From IMG/VR virus record IMGVR_UViG_3300045988_154953: 64,000 bases of DNA; one strand, 5' to 3'. The number at the start of each line of letters is the position of its first letter. The first letter of the stretch is position 1. The notes under the pieces were generated by a model. It saw nothing but the letters and a program-made list of their open reading frames with translations. It made no database searches and was not told where the DNA came from. Of the stretch, positions 55,143 to 64,000 are shown one piece after another. The DNA comes from a virus. The position numbers were made by a program, and so were the translations under genes.

Positions 55143-57806
55143 TTATTTTTTTTGAATTAATTGGTACAGGGCATTTCCAAATTCTTCTGGAGATCCGGTA
55201 TAACCAGCCTTGGCAGCACCAATGTAGATGCTTCCAGCAATATCTACTTTCACACCTTTCAAATCATAACAGTACATTCCACCTTTTTCAGTTATATATA
55301 AAGCGTTTCGCATCTTCGATGGGGTAAGTTCTTCCTGCTTCTCGTTAATTCTGCAAAGACGCAATGATGCATTGGTAGAATCTTTTCCTCGTATAGATAC
55401 TTCTTCTCCCAGATCATACATATACACATCTTTGAGGGATAGCGTCACTGTAGTCGCAAATCCGTAGCTTTGAAAACCTATAACCAAGCTGGTCGCATCA
55501 TTTGGAATCGTATACTTCAAACAGCATATTTTTTCGCCATCCCAAACCGCTGATTTATTCTGAGTATTCGCATACAACCGTACCGTATTAGGGTTATCGG
55601 TATTTACGCCAATTCCAAACGCATAGTTTACCCATCCATTTGCAGTATTTCCCACACCTGTCTGTCCATTTGAAAATGCCATTGACGTACAGCCAAGCTC
55701 TATCGTATGTCCTCTTAAGGCTATTAATTCATCACCTGTATATTTATATTTTGTCCATCCCCATGCATTTGTATGAGATACCAGAAAATCATATACCTTC
55801 CATCCCTGCTTTTCGGCAACCGTCATTTTTGCAGTCATGGCTGATGAATTATTAAAATTTGTCGGGAATATATTCGTATACCATTTCTTCGATATCTCGT
55901 CCGAGTGTTCCCCTAGATCAATCAGATATACATTTTTAAGCGTAACAGTGCCGTTAAAATACTTTCCTTCTGGCGCATGAAACCAAACTCGGATATTATA
56001 AGAAGTAAATATATCTTTGGAAGTTTTCGTATAATGCCCGGTTGACGTGCCGAGGTCGCTGCCTATGCCGTCAATTTTATATTCCGCAACTGTTTCCCCA
56101 TTTAACGGCGACTTTTCTGTATAAATATAAAAAGATGGTGTTGACCACAACCATTTTGCATCATAGACGGTACCATTAGGAAGTGTCCAACTGTCGTCAG
56201 ACATATCAAATATGACGTCCGAAAAACCAAACTCCAGGCCTTCTCCTGTTTGTTCAAAATCCTCATAATTCGAAGGACGTATCACACTCAGGTAGATTCC
56301 GCCCTGGCTTAATTCTGTATAAGTACATACGATATCACACGTTCCATCAGAATTACGCACTAATCGCATGGTTCCTCCAGAAATATCATGTATCTCCGGA
56401 TCTACTGGTATCAAGTTTGTGTAATCAGAAAATGTCAGTGATGCGTTCCAGTCATCTATGCTCATTCTCCAGTAAGAAATTGCATTTTTTCGGTTGTCGT
56501 CACTAACTGTATCCAATCGCTCAGATACATTATCAATTCTCTTCGATAATTCCTGCTCGACCACTGGTGCTGTCAGAAATCCATTATTGAAAACTTTCCC
56601 ATCCAAAATATAGTAGTTCTTGTCAGCCGTTTCTTTTGATACTTGCCCAGACAGGCTTTTCCACTGATGAACTTCTAAGGTATGAGTATTTACCTTTAGT
56701 TGATATATGTTGTCATCTATCTTTTTTATAGTTTTCTGATTGCCATTAGAAAATAAATCTACAAATGCCGGCTTTTCAATGCATTTGAATGCTCCCATTG
56801 ATACATACCCACCACCACAGGCAAGTGTCATAGCACACAGATACGTAAGAACAATTTCCTTATAATCTTCCGCATTGCTCGGAAAATAATTCAAAGTCCA
56901 CAGCTTTGCTTTGCACTTTCCATTGGAATACCAGTTTGCATAATAATCGTATACTTTTTTCTGGCCTGCTTGCCATGTGAAATCATCTTTATAGTTCACT
57001 GATGAAATCAGGCAGGATTCCAGACATATGATGTCATTCTCATCAAGGTATGTATACCAGTCTCCAACGCTAAAAGGCATACCCCCATTAGTGATAAGAA
57101 ACAGCCCTCTGTCATGACAGGCATCTATCAACATGATCCATTTTTGATTTAAGGCTACATTTTTATCCGTATAGTCATTCAAAGACAGTCCCATCTGGTA
57201 ACAGATATCTTCCTTTGTGAAGTCATATCCCCAATCATCAAAAAACACTCCATCCGTTCCTGACTCTTTAAAATAATCCAACCAGTCACATATTTGCTGA
57301 TAAGTATATATTCTTGTGCATCCAGACAAATCTGCTGTTGATCCTTCCCAAGAACCGTCTGAATTCAGATGTGCATGGTCTCCATTATATGTAAAATCTG
57401 TACGTCCACTCTCTGACTGGAGATATTCAAATGTTCTTAACTTTGGGTTCAGTTCTTTGGCACGTTTCAATATCTTTACAGTATTTTCTGTAAACAGTGG
57501 TTTTGAGTCTGCCAGACTGTACAAATTTAACCTCTGCATTCCTACGATGTCATGCTTCGAAAACATAATTGCATCATTTTCAATACCGTTCCCACGTTCA
57601 ATATTATTGCTCCATCCCAGCCATGCTAGACCTAATCCTTGATCTTCAGGTTGTTTCGTTCTTAATATATCATAATTTAATATTTCATCTAATCTAGTAC
57701 CTTCATCGTCTGCTTGTACCGAATGTGCTGATATGAGAGGAAAGTCTTGATTATTTGCTGGAGTAATACCAGAAATTAATTCTATTGAACCTTTGTATTT
57801 TGCCAT
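55143..57806 (-). CDS. tail spike, putative polysaccharide depolymerase (TIM-barrel glycosidase-like middle domain)
   Basis: 887 aa. The N-terminus IELISGITPANNQDFPLISAHSV is fibre-like. The central GTDGVFFDDWGYDF..LIDACHDRGLFLITNGG..ICLESC resembles GH114-type hydrolases. Confidence 0.45.
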   Translation of the reverse strand: MAKYKGSIELISGITPANNQDFPLISAHSVQADDEGTRLDEILNYDILRTKQPEDQGLGLAWLGWSNNIERGNGIENDAIMFSKHDIVGMQRLNLYSLADSKPLFTENTVKILKRAKELNPKLRTFEYLQSESGRTDFTYNGDHAHLNSDGSWEGSTADLSGCTRIYTYQQICDWLDYFKESGTDGVFFDDWGYDFTKEDICYQMGLSLNDYTDKNVALNQKWIMLIDACHDRGLFLITNGGMPFSVGDWYTYLDENDIICLESCLISSVNYKDDFTWQAGQKKVYDYYANWYSNGKCKAKLWTLNYFPSNAEDYKEIVLTYLCAMTLACGGGYVSMGAFKCIEKPAFVDLFSNGNQKTIKKIDDNIYQLKVNTHTLEVHQWKSLSGQVSKETADKNYYILDGKVFNNGFLTAPVVEQELSKRIDNVSERLDTVSDDNRKNAISYWRMSIDDWNASLTFSDYTNLIPVDPEIHDISGGTMRLVRNSDGTCDIVCTYTELSQGGIYLSVIRPSNYEDFEQTGEGLEFGFSDVIFDMSDDSWTLPNGTVYDAKWLWSTPSFYIYTEKSPLNGETVAEYKIDGIGSDLGTSTGHYTKTSKDIFTSYNIRVWFHAPEGKYFNGTVTLKNVYLIDLGEHSDEISKKWYTNIFPTNFNNSSAMTAKMTVAEKQGWKVYDFLVSHTNAWGWTKYKYTGDELIALRGHTIELGCTSMAFSNGQTGVGNTANGWVNYAFGIGVNTDNPNTVRLYANTQNKSAVWDGEKICCLKYTIPNDATSLVIGFQSYGFATTVTLSLKDVYMYDLGEEVSIRGKDSTNASLRLCRINEKQEELTPSKMRNALYITEKGGMYCYDLKGVKVDIAGSIYIGAAKAGYTGSPEEFGNALYQLIQKK

Positions 57807-57814
57807 ATTTCCTC

Positions 57815-58555
57815 CTATGTTACTTTAATAGTTTGATTTCCTAAATTACAATTATCTGAACGATAAATTGCATATGATTCTATATATCCATTTGAATTTT
57901 GAAACTCTAACGTTGATATTTTTGAGAATCCACCACTAAATCCACCGACATTAAATACAGGCGTTCCATACTTATTTGGGATACCATACCACACATATTG
58001 ATTTTCTCCACTACTTATAGAAAACGTTTTACTTCTATTCTTTTGTAAAGATTTGGTCAAAGTATTTACAAAAGCACTGTTTATGTTTTCTGGGATAACT
58101 GAAGTACCATAATAAACACCGTTACAAAATATAATGCTTGTATCTTTTTTGTCTATTTTTCCCTTTTCGTCAGTAACCGATAAAGTAAATATTTTATCTG
58201 TATTTAAAGCAGCATTTTTAATTATTGCTGATTGCTCAATTTTTAATTCCATGTTATCTATAGGAACATTATTTATATTTACTTTTGTTGGAATTTTATT
58301 TAAATTCCACGTTAATAAGACTTCGTTTATAACCCCACCAATTTCAAAAACATTTATATTATTCATAAATGACAATATTTTGATTGGTGTATATTCCAAA
58401 TCAAATAATCTATTTTCTAATTGTTCAATAGATATTTCTAATGAGTTTATATTATTTTCTATTGTATTAACACTTGTTCTAACATATTTATCAACAATTT
58501 CAAAAATAGGAGAATCATTAATTTGAAATGAGGACATTGTTTTATTTAAACTCAT
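57815..58555 (-). CDS. hypothetical tail-associated protein
   Basis: 246-aa ORF. The N-terminal FQINDSPIFEIVDKY motif is shared with the next gene upstream. Confidence 0.5.
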   Translation of the reverse strand: MSLNKTMSSFQINDSPIFEIVDKYVRTSVNTIENNINSLEISIEQLENRLFDLEYTPIKILSFMNNINVFEIGGVINEVLLTWNLNKIPTKVNINNVPIDNMELKIEQSAIIKNAALNTDKIFTLSVTDEKGKIDKKDTSIIFCNGVYYGTSVIPENINSAFVNTLTKSLQKNRSKTFSISSGENQYVWYGIPNKYGTPVFNVGGFSGGFSKISTLEFQNSNGYIESYAIYRSDNCNLGNQTIKVT

Positions 58556-58569
58556 AACTATTAATCTCC

Positions 58570-59020
58570 TTACTCATATTTTAAAATTATATTATTAACC
58601 TGCTCTATATTTTCAGCTTTCTTATCAAATTCTGTAGCAACTGGATAAGCTGTACCATCATCGTAACGTTTATAGTTACAGTAACACCACTCGAATAAAG
58701 GATAATGACCATTAAGGTAATCATCCTTTCCTTCCACAGTATCGATTGATGGAACAAATTCTAATCCTGCATTATCTAACAGTTTTTCACCTGTTGATGT
58801 AGGATTCGTTGCAAATTTCCAAATTTTTGTTTGATACACTTTACCAGTACGTTGCATATTGTAATATTCAGATGTTGTTGCAACGTGTGGGGGGGTTCTT
58901 TTGCATATCACAGATTGCACTAATTGGTGCCTTATCTGTTTGAAGAGATGAGATGGCAGTTCTTGCCACCTCATCAGTAATTTCATAAATAGGAGAGTTA
59001 TTGATTGAAAACGTTTTCAT
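58570..59020 (-). CDS. hypothetical tail-associated protein, apparent frameshift at a G7/C7 run
   Basis: ATG 59020 encodes MKTFSINNSPIYEITDEVARTAISSLQTDKAPISAICDMQKNPP, then leaves the frame. Removing one base of 58889-58895 joins it to HVATTSEYYNMQRTGK.. of the track ORF 58570..58986. Confidence 0.5.
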
Positions 59021-59050
59021 TTGTTTCAATGCCAATTAAATCCATCACCT

Positions 59051-61705
59051 TTACATATGTAAAACAACATTACCTCGGCCATCGTCCATTACAGATATAT
59101 TTTCTCCTAAAATATTTGTTGTTCCATCCGCATCATTTACAGTAGATTCTCTTGTGCTATTTACAACAACATTTCCGTCATTGTTAGATACAAGAGTTGA
59201 GACATTGGCAGAAGCTGTACCACAATCAAGAATAAGAACATTATCTCCATTTACAAGATAATCTGTATTAACAGAAGATACAGGAATAGATATATCTTTA
59301 GTTCCGTCAAATGCCTGAGCAGTACCATTAACACCGCCACTAAGACTAATATTTCTTGCTGTTGTCAACTGATCTGCCTTTGTCGCTTTTGAGGCTGTAG
59401 AAGCATTACCGCTTAAGTTACCCTTGAATGTAGAAGCAACAAGTGTTCCTGCTGTAGTATCCAGGTAAACGCCTGTATCAAAAATCTGAGTACCAGTGTT
59501 TGTTGTAGCGTTTGTTGTACCTGTAACGTATGCTTTTGTAGTTGTGTTGAGTGTGTTTGTTACCTTAGTATCTGTATTAGTATCTGTATTGATATCACCA
59601 ACTAATTCGTAGTTTGTACCATCATATACAAATTCATAAATTCTCTTAGCAGCAAGAACACCAGTAGAAATAATAGCACCTCTGTACATAATTGCCTTAG
59701 CACCAGTGTTATTGATGTTTAGAGTTGGAGAAGCAGCAGTATTTGTTACTGTAAACTTAACCATTGCTTTTGCACCTGTAGCAAGCGTGAAGCCTGTTAA
59801 ACTAACTACTTTTGCGGCAACAGCAGCCTCAGTGTTACATGTACCATAATGTGTAATAGCATCTGTACCATTGAAAGATACGCCATCTATTGTTCGTGCC
59901 GTTTGTAATTTAGTTGCACTTCCTGCGTTACCAGTTATGGTAGAAGGAGCAGCAGGCATTGTCATTGTAGTTGTACCCTTACCTGTAATATGACCCTGAG
60001 CATCATATGAAACAGTAGGCACTGTAAATGTTCCACCAAATGCTAAAGTTTTACTAGCATCGCCCTGAGCTGTACCTGCGGTTACACTATTTGTATGCTT
60101 AATAACAGTGCCGTCTACTTTGATACCTGTGTTTGCTGTATAAGTTGTATCTTTTGCGGAGATAGTGATTTTCTTGTCAGTTGCATCTGGTGTAATTGTA
60201 ACATTAGAACCTGCAACTACGTTTAAAGTGTCTGTTTTTGTTCCAGCTGAAACAGTAGTGGAGCCAATAGTTACTTTACTAAAAGCATTTTGATTGACTT
60301 CTGCACCTGCTGCAATACCAGAGAGTTTTGTTCTTTCATCAGCTGTAATATGCACATTACTATTACCAACATGATCAGAGATTGTTTTGTTAACAGTTGT
60401 AATTTGATCATCAACTAATACTGCAACTGCCTTAGATGTTGGAAGTTTAGTTGAAGTTGAGCCAGATGCAATAGAAGAATCAATCTGTTTTGTAGCTGCT
60501 TCACCTAAAATAATAGAGCCAGTTTTAGCAGAAGTAGTCAAATTTTGTGTTGTGGTACTATATGAAATTGTTGTTTCATTTTCATTACCAGATGGTACAT
60601 AAGCCCAGTTATCTGCAGTTGCTTTTGGAGAACCACTTGTTAATGCAATGATTAAATCACCAACTTTACATGCTGAACCAGCATATGTACCGGCTGTAAT
60701 AATCTTGTATGTATCACCTTTTACAACGTTTGTAGTAGGGACTTCAGTAATTGTACCGTTTGTACCTAATGTACCTTTAAATACCATTGCATCAGATGCG
60801 GCAATCTTAGATGTAATTTGAGAATCAACATACTGTTTTGTTGCGGCACCAAGATTTGCAGTAGGATCTGCATTTAACGTAACGTCTCCTGTAAATGTGC
60901 CACCAGATTTTGGCATAGCGTTATCTGCTTTTTTACCCTGTGTGGCTGTAGCGTATGCAGAACTATCTGTGTATGCTGCACTTCTAAGTCCCTTTACAGC
61001 AATGTTATCTGTAGCAGTACCATCAACGGTAAGTTTTACTGTACCATTGTTTGTACCAGAAGCTAAAGATACAGAACCAACTTTACTATCAGCGGTTTTC
61101 TGAGCCGCAGCAGCTGCTTTGTTTGCAGTATCGGCCAAATCATAGGCTTTCTTAACAGCAGCAGGAGTAGCAGCAGTTGAAGTTGATGTACTTGCTACAC
61201 CATCTGTTAACTGAACTAAACCTTTTTCAGATGTAGAACCATTTGCAACACCGATTGTTATTTTATCGTTTGTGACATCTGGAGTGATTGTTACGTTAGA
61301 GCCAGCGAGAGTTAATGTATCTGTAGCTGTATCAGCTTCAATTGTTGTATTTCCAACAACAACTTTGCTAAATGCGTTCTGGTTAACCTGTGCACCAGCA
61401 GAAATACCATTTAACTTATTTAACAGAGCTTCTGTAAACGATGCTGTAGTTGCATCAAGAATAGCTTTGTTGCTATGAGAGTGTTTAGAATCATTTAATC
61501 CCGCAATGATAGTATTGATTTCTTCTGGTGTAAGAGTCATATATTTTAAGTCTTTGTAAGTGTTTACACCGTCTCCGAGTTTGCATTTTCTAGAATCTTT
61601 CTCAATACATAATTCTCCAGCAAGAGGGATTAATGTGCTGGCAGCCCAATTTGCAGCTGTGTCATTTTTTAATATAATTCTAGTATTAAGAGTATTTGTG
61701 GCCAT
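59051..61705 (-). CDS. large tail fibre protein
   Basis: 884 aa. It has the conserved fibre N-terminus (KNDTAANW..PLAGELCIEKDSRKCKLGDGVNTYKDLKY), internal duplicated segments (..GIAAGAEVNQNAFSKV..) and a Thr/Gly/Ala-rich beta-type composition. Confidence 0.7.
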   Translation of the reverse strand: MATNTLNTRIILKNDTAANWAASTLIPLAGELCIEKDSRKCKLGDGVNTYKDLKYMTLTPEEINTIIAGLNDSKHSHSNKAILDATTASFTEALLNKLNGISAGAQVNQNAFSKVVVGNTTIEADTATDTLTLAGSNVTITPDVTNDKITIGVANGSTSEKGLVQLTDGVASTSTSTAATPAAVKKAYDLADTANKAAAAAQKTADSKVGSVSLASGTNNGTVKLTVDGTATDNIAVKGLRSAAYTDSSAYATATQGKKADNAMPKSGGTFTGDVTLNADPTANLGAATKQYVDSQITSKIAASDAMVFKGTLGTNGTITEVPTTNVVKGDTYKIITAGTYAGSACKVGDLIIALTSGSPKATADNWAYVPSGNENETTISYSTTTQNLTTSAKTGSIILGEAATKQIDSSIASGSTSTKLPTSKAVAVLVDDQITTVNKTISDHVGNSNVHITADERTKLSGIAAGAEVNQNAFSKVTIGSTTVSAGTKTDTLNVVAGSNVTITPDATDKKITISAKDTTYTANTGIKVDGTVIKHTNSVTAGTAQGDASKTLAFGGTFTVPTVSYDAQGHITGKGTTTMTMPAAPSTITGNAGSATKLQTARTIDGVSFNGTDAITHYGTCNTEAAVAAKVVSLTGFTLATGAKAMVKFTVTNTAASPTLNINNTGAKAIMYRGAIISTGVLAAKRIYEFVYDGTNYELVGDINTDTNTDTKVTNTLNTTTKAYVTGTTNATTNTGTQIFDTGVYLDTTAGTLVASTFKGNLSGNASTASKATKADQLTTARNISLSGGVNGTAQAFDGTKDISIPVSSVNTDYLVNGDNVLILDCGTASANVSTLVSNNDGNVVVNSTRESTVNDADGTTNILGENISVMDDGRGNVVLHM

Positions 61706-61788
61706 ATTTTCCTCCTTATTTTAATTTGTAGTTTCAGAAACAATAGACAATGAACCAAACCTATTTAAATATCAAATAAATTTAAATA

Positions 61789-62070
61789 TTAATCAGTACT
61801 ATTACCACCATCTATCATGTCAATTTCGTTATAATCAGAACCAATGCAATAATATTTTATTTCATTATCATCCCAACGATAGGTTTTATTTGCTGACTTA
61901 TCTATATAAATATAATTTGAGTTACCAACATTTGGGAAGTTATAGATAGAATCATAATAAGTAATAATTTCTGAAACTTTTTTGTCAGTATAATCTTTTA
62001 AACATTCAACAATTTTATCTTTTAAATAGGAAGTACCGAGCAGATCTAGAAATTTCTTTTCCTCTGCCAT
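61789..62070 (-). CDS. hypothetical protein (possible fibre chaperone by position)
   Basis: 93-aa ORF with the strong SD aaaggagg. Confidence 0.45.
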   Translation of the reverse strand: MAEEKKFLDLLGTSYLKDKIVECLKDYTDKKVSEIITYYDSIYNFPNVGNSNYIYIDKSANKTYRWDDNEIKYYCIGSDYNEIDMIDGGNSTD

Positions 62071-62147
62071 TTATAAAAGCCTCCTTTCTTTGGAAAACAT
62101 TGGAACATTATCTTATTTAATGATTTCTATATAATTTGGATGTTTAT

Positions 62148-62181
62148 ATAAAATAAGAGTATAGAAATCTATACTCTTATT
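62148..62181 (-). terminator. hairpin terminator
   Basis: 13-bp perfect stem aataagagtatag / ctatactcttatt with loop aaat. The flanking T-tract is weak. Confidence 0.45.
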
Positions 62182-62188
62182 AAAAATA

Positions 62189-64000
62189 TTATATTTCCGC
62201 CGTAAATAAAGCATCGATATCCTCTTTGGTAATTGCTGTAATTGCCCCGACAGATTTCTGAAGTGCACTAATGGCATCAGAATTTGATGTGATATTTTTT
62301 TCTGCGGTTGCTAATTTTGTATTCAATCCAGATATAGCGGTAGTATTTGTCTTTACTGCACCATTCGCTAATGTATCTGTATAAGATTTTGCAGCAGTGA
62401 GTGTTTCTGTGTCTTTTCCATCAGCATAATCTTTAGCCTGTTTAAGAATACCAGTCGTTGGATTATTTATAGCTGTTATTGCGTCTGTATTCTTTTTGAT
62501 ATCTGCTTTGATTTCTGTATCATTGTATTTGGCAGCTTCTTTAGCCGCATTAGCTTTTGCATCAATATATTCAACGATTGTTGTCTCTTCACCAACAGGT
62601 GTAAATGTACCAACATATGTTTCAAGTGAATCTACATCTTTCTGTGCAGTGTCAGCAACTTTCTTTGCATTATCAGCACTTGTTTTTGCTTCGCTTGCTG
62701 CTTTTTTTGCACCATAAACTGTATTTTTATCCGAAGTATCGCTTTCTGAACCTAATACTTCAGCAGCAGCTCCAGATCTATCATATGCTGAAGATTCTGT
62801 ATATGCGGCTGAACCTAAGCCTTTAATAGCTACTTCTTCTCCATCCACAGAGATTGTTCCGTTTGTTTTGCCGGTTTTTATTTCTTGAACAGCACTATTT
62901 GCTTTAGTGAGAGATGCTTGAACTGTAGCTTCTAATTTATCTTTGGTTACATTTCCATTAGCAATCTTTGCTGTAGTAACAACTTCATTACCTAACTCTT
63001 TTGTACCGATAGATCCTTCAAGAAGTACAGCACTAATTTCTCTTGTTGAATTATCAACAGTAATTTGCACTTGCGTTGCATTTGCTTTAGCGTTGTAAAT
63101 ATCAACTAATGAACCAACATTAATAAATAAAGGTTTTGAAGAATTCGCAATTACAAGTTTAATATACGTACCTTCTGGCATATCTTCAGGATTGGTTACA
63201 ACAGAACCTTCTTGTACAACAAGATCTTTCGGAATATCAATTGTTCCAATTGTATTCTCACCCTGTTTAATTGTATAAGATTTTAAATAACCATCTGTTG
63301 TTTTACTTGTATCGATAGATATAAGAGCTTCTGTACCACCTGCCGAAACTGCAGCTCGTACCTCATTGATAGCACTTACAAGATCAGTCTTTGCATTTGT
63401 TGCAAGTTTAGAAAAGTCACCTTCAGCGCCTTTGGCTCTTGTAACTTCTGCTTCAATACTACTTTTGTTTGCAGCAATACTTGCTTTTATGGCCGTGTCA
63501 TTATATGTAGCTGCTTTTTGAGCGTCAGAAATCATTTCAACAACTGTTTTTCCTTCAGTTACGTTTCCAATTTTTCCACTGATTTCATCCACTCCAGTTT
63601 TAGCTGTATTTGCAGTAGATTGTGCTGCTTTAGCGGCTGCTTTTGCACCATATACAGTATTGGCATCTTTATCATCCATATCCGTACCAAGAATCGCATC
63701 CGCTGCACCTTTGACATCAAATGAATCAACATCTTTATAAGCAGCTGTCCCAAGATTTTTTACTTTAACATCTGTACCATCTACAGAAATAGTACCGTTT
63801 GCACCACCAGTTGTAATTGTTTGTACAGCTGTATCTGCTTTCTTACCTTGAGCAGTTGTAGCAAAATCTGAAATTTTCTTTCCTGAATCAACAACCTGTC
63901 CATGTGCATCTAATGTAGCAATATTACCAGCTGTAGCTGATTCAACAAGTTTCATTACAGTACTTAAATCTGTTTCTGGAAGAGTGATTTGATAAGCAGG
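62189..64000 (-). CDS. tail fibre-like repeat protein, 5' end outside the window
   Basis: Internally duplicated segments (KAD.AVQ.I.TG..NGTISVDG..V..K.LG.AAY; NTVYGAK.AA). The frame stays open upstream of the first Met to the window edge. Confidence 0.6.
   Translation of the reverse strand, partial: PAYQITLPETDLSTVMKLVESATAGNIATLDAHGQVVDSGKKISDFATTAQGKKADTAVQTITTGGANGTISVDGTDVKVKNLGTAAYKDVDSFDVKGAADAILGTDMDDKDANTVYGAKAAAKAAQSTANTAKTGVDEISGKIGNVTEGKTVVEMISDAQKAATYNDTAIKASIAANKSSIEAEVTRAKGAEGDFSKLATNAKTDLVSAINEVRAAVSAGGTEALISIDTSKTTDGYLKSYTIKQGENTIGTIDIPKDLVVQEGSVVTNPEDMPEGTYIKLVIANSSKPLFINVGSLVDIYNAKANATQVQITVDNSTREISAVLLEGSIGTKELGNEVVTTAKIANGNVTKDKLEATVQASLTKANSAVQEIKTGKTNGTISVDGEEVAIKGLGSAAYTESSAYDRSGAAAEVLGSESDTSDKNTVYGAKKAASEAKTSADNAKKVADTAQKDVDSLETYVGTFTPVGEETTIVEYIDAKANAAKEAAKYNDTEIKADIKKNTDAITAINNPTTGILKQAKDYADGKDTETLTAAKSYTDTLANGAVKTNTTAISGLNTKLATAEKNITSNSDAISALQKSVGAITAITKEDIDALFTAEI

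Noticed and set aside
53540-61705. Diversity-generating retroelement suggested by Mtd-like fibre N-termini
   Set aside because: No reverse transcriptase gene and no template/variable repeat pair with adenine-specific differences is visible in the window.
1-64000. Possible stop-codon reassignment (alternative genetic code) as seen in some gut phages
   Set aside because: Essentially all genes, including the late fibre genes, read as long uninterrupted ORFs in the standard code. The few interruptions are frame changes, not in-frame stops.

Overview
AT-rich segment of a tailed, probably temperate phage of a low-GC Firmicute-like host. Genes run on the + strand to about 45.3 kb, then the - strand carries a convergent block. 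From 1 to 9.6 kb there are many small early or accessory genes, several of them Cys-rich zinc-ribbon proteins, plus a radical SAM protein. From 9.7 to 22.2 kb lies the replication module: an AAA/RecA-like ATPase, DnaB-like helicase, DnaG-like primase, DHH/RecJ-like protein, family B DNA polymerase, RecD2-like helicase and Gp157-like protein. From 22.3 to 28.5 kb lies an NAD+ metabolism island: nicotinamidase, radical SAM, Prs-like, Nampt-like, macro domain and NadE. From 35.4 to 42.9 kb lies a nucleotide-metabolism module: guanylate kinase, nrdD split by a group I intron carrying a GIY-YIG homing endonuclease, nrdG, a ThyX-like protein and dUTPase. From 42.8 to 44.7 kb lies the integration module: Xis-like protein, tyrosine integrase and an attP-like site. 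The - strand block carries a DUF262 moron, a second tyrosine recombinase, holin or membrane proteins and a large set of tail-fibre and tail-spike genes. The most notable locus is 32.95-35.37 kb. A 576-aa RuvC/TnpB-type (Cas12f-like) nuclease gene is flanked on both sides by a structured tracr-like RNA region plus a mini CRISPR array with 66-nt periodicity. The two repeats are diverged paralogs, and each has an anti-repeat that co-varies with it. No adaptation genes are present in the window. Also notable: four genes need removal of one base to restore frame, three of them at 7-nt homopolymers. Two genes lack any canonical start codon. A 20-bp perfect inverted repeat brackets int and attP. An 18-nt motif recurs four times in intergenic or 5' UTR regions. 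All functional calls rest on motifs read by eye, with no database search run.
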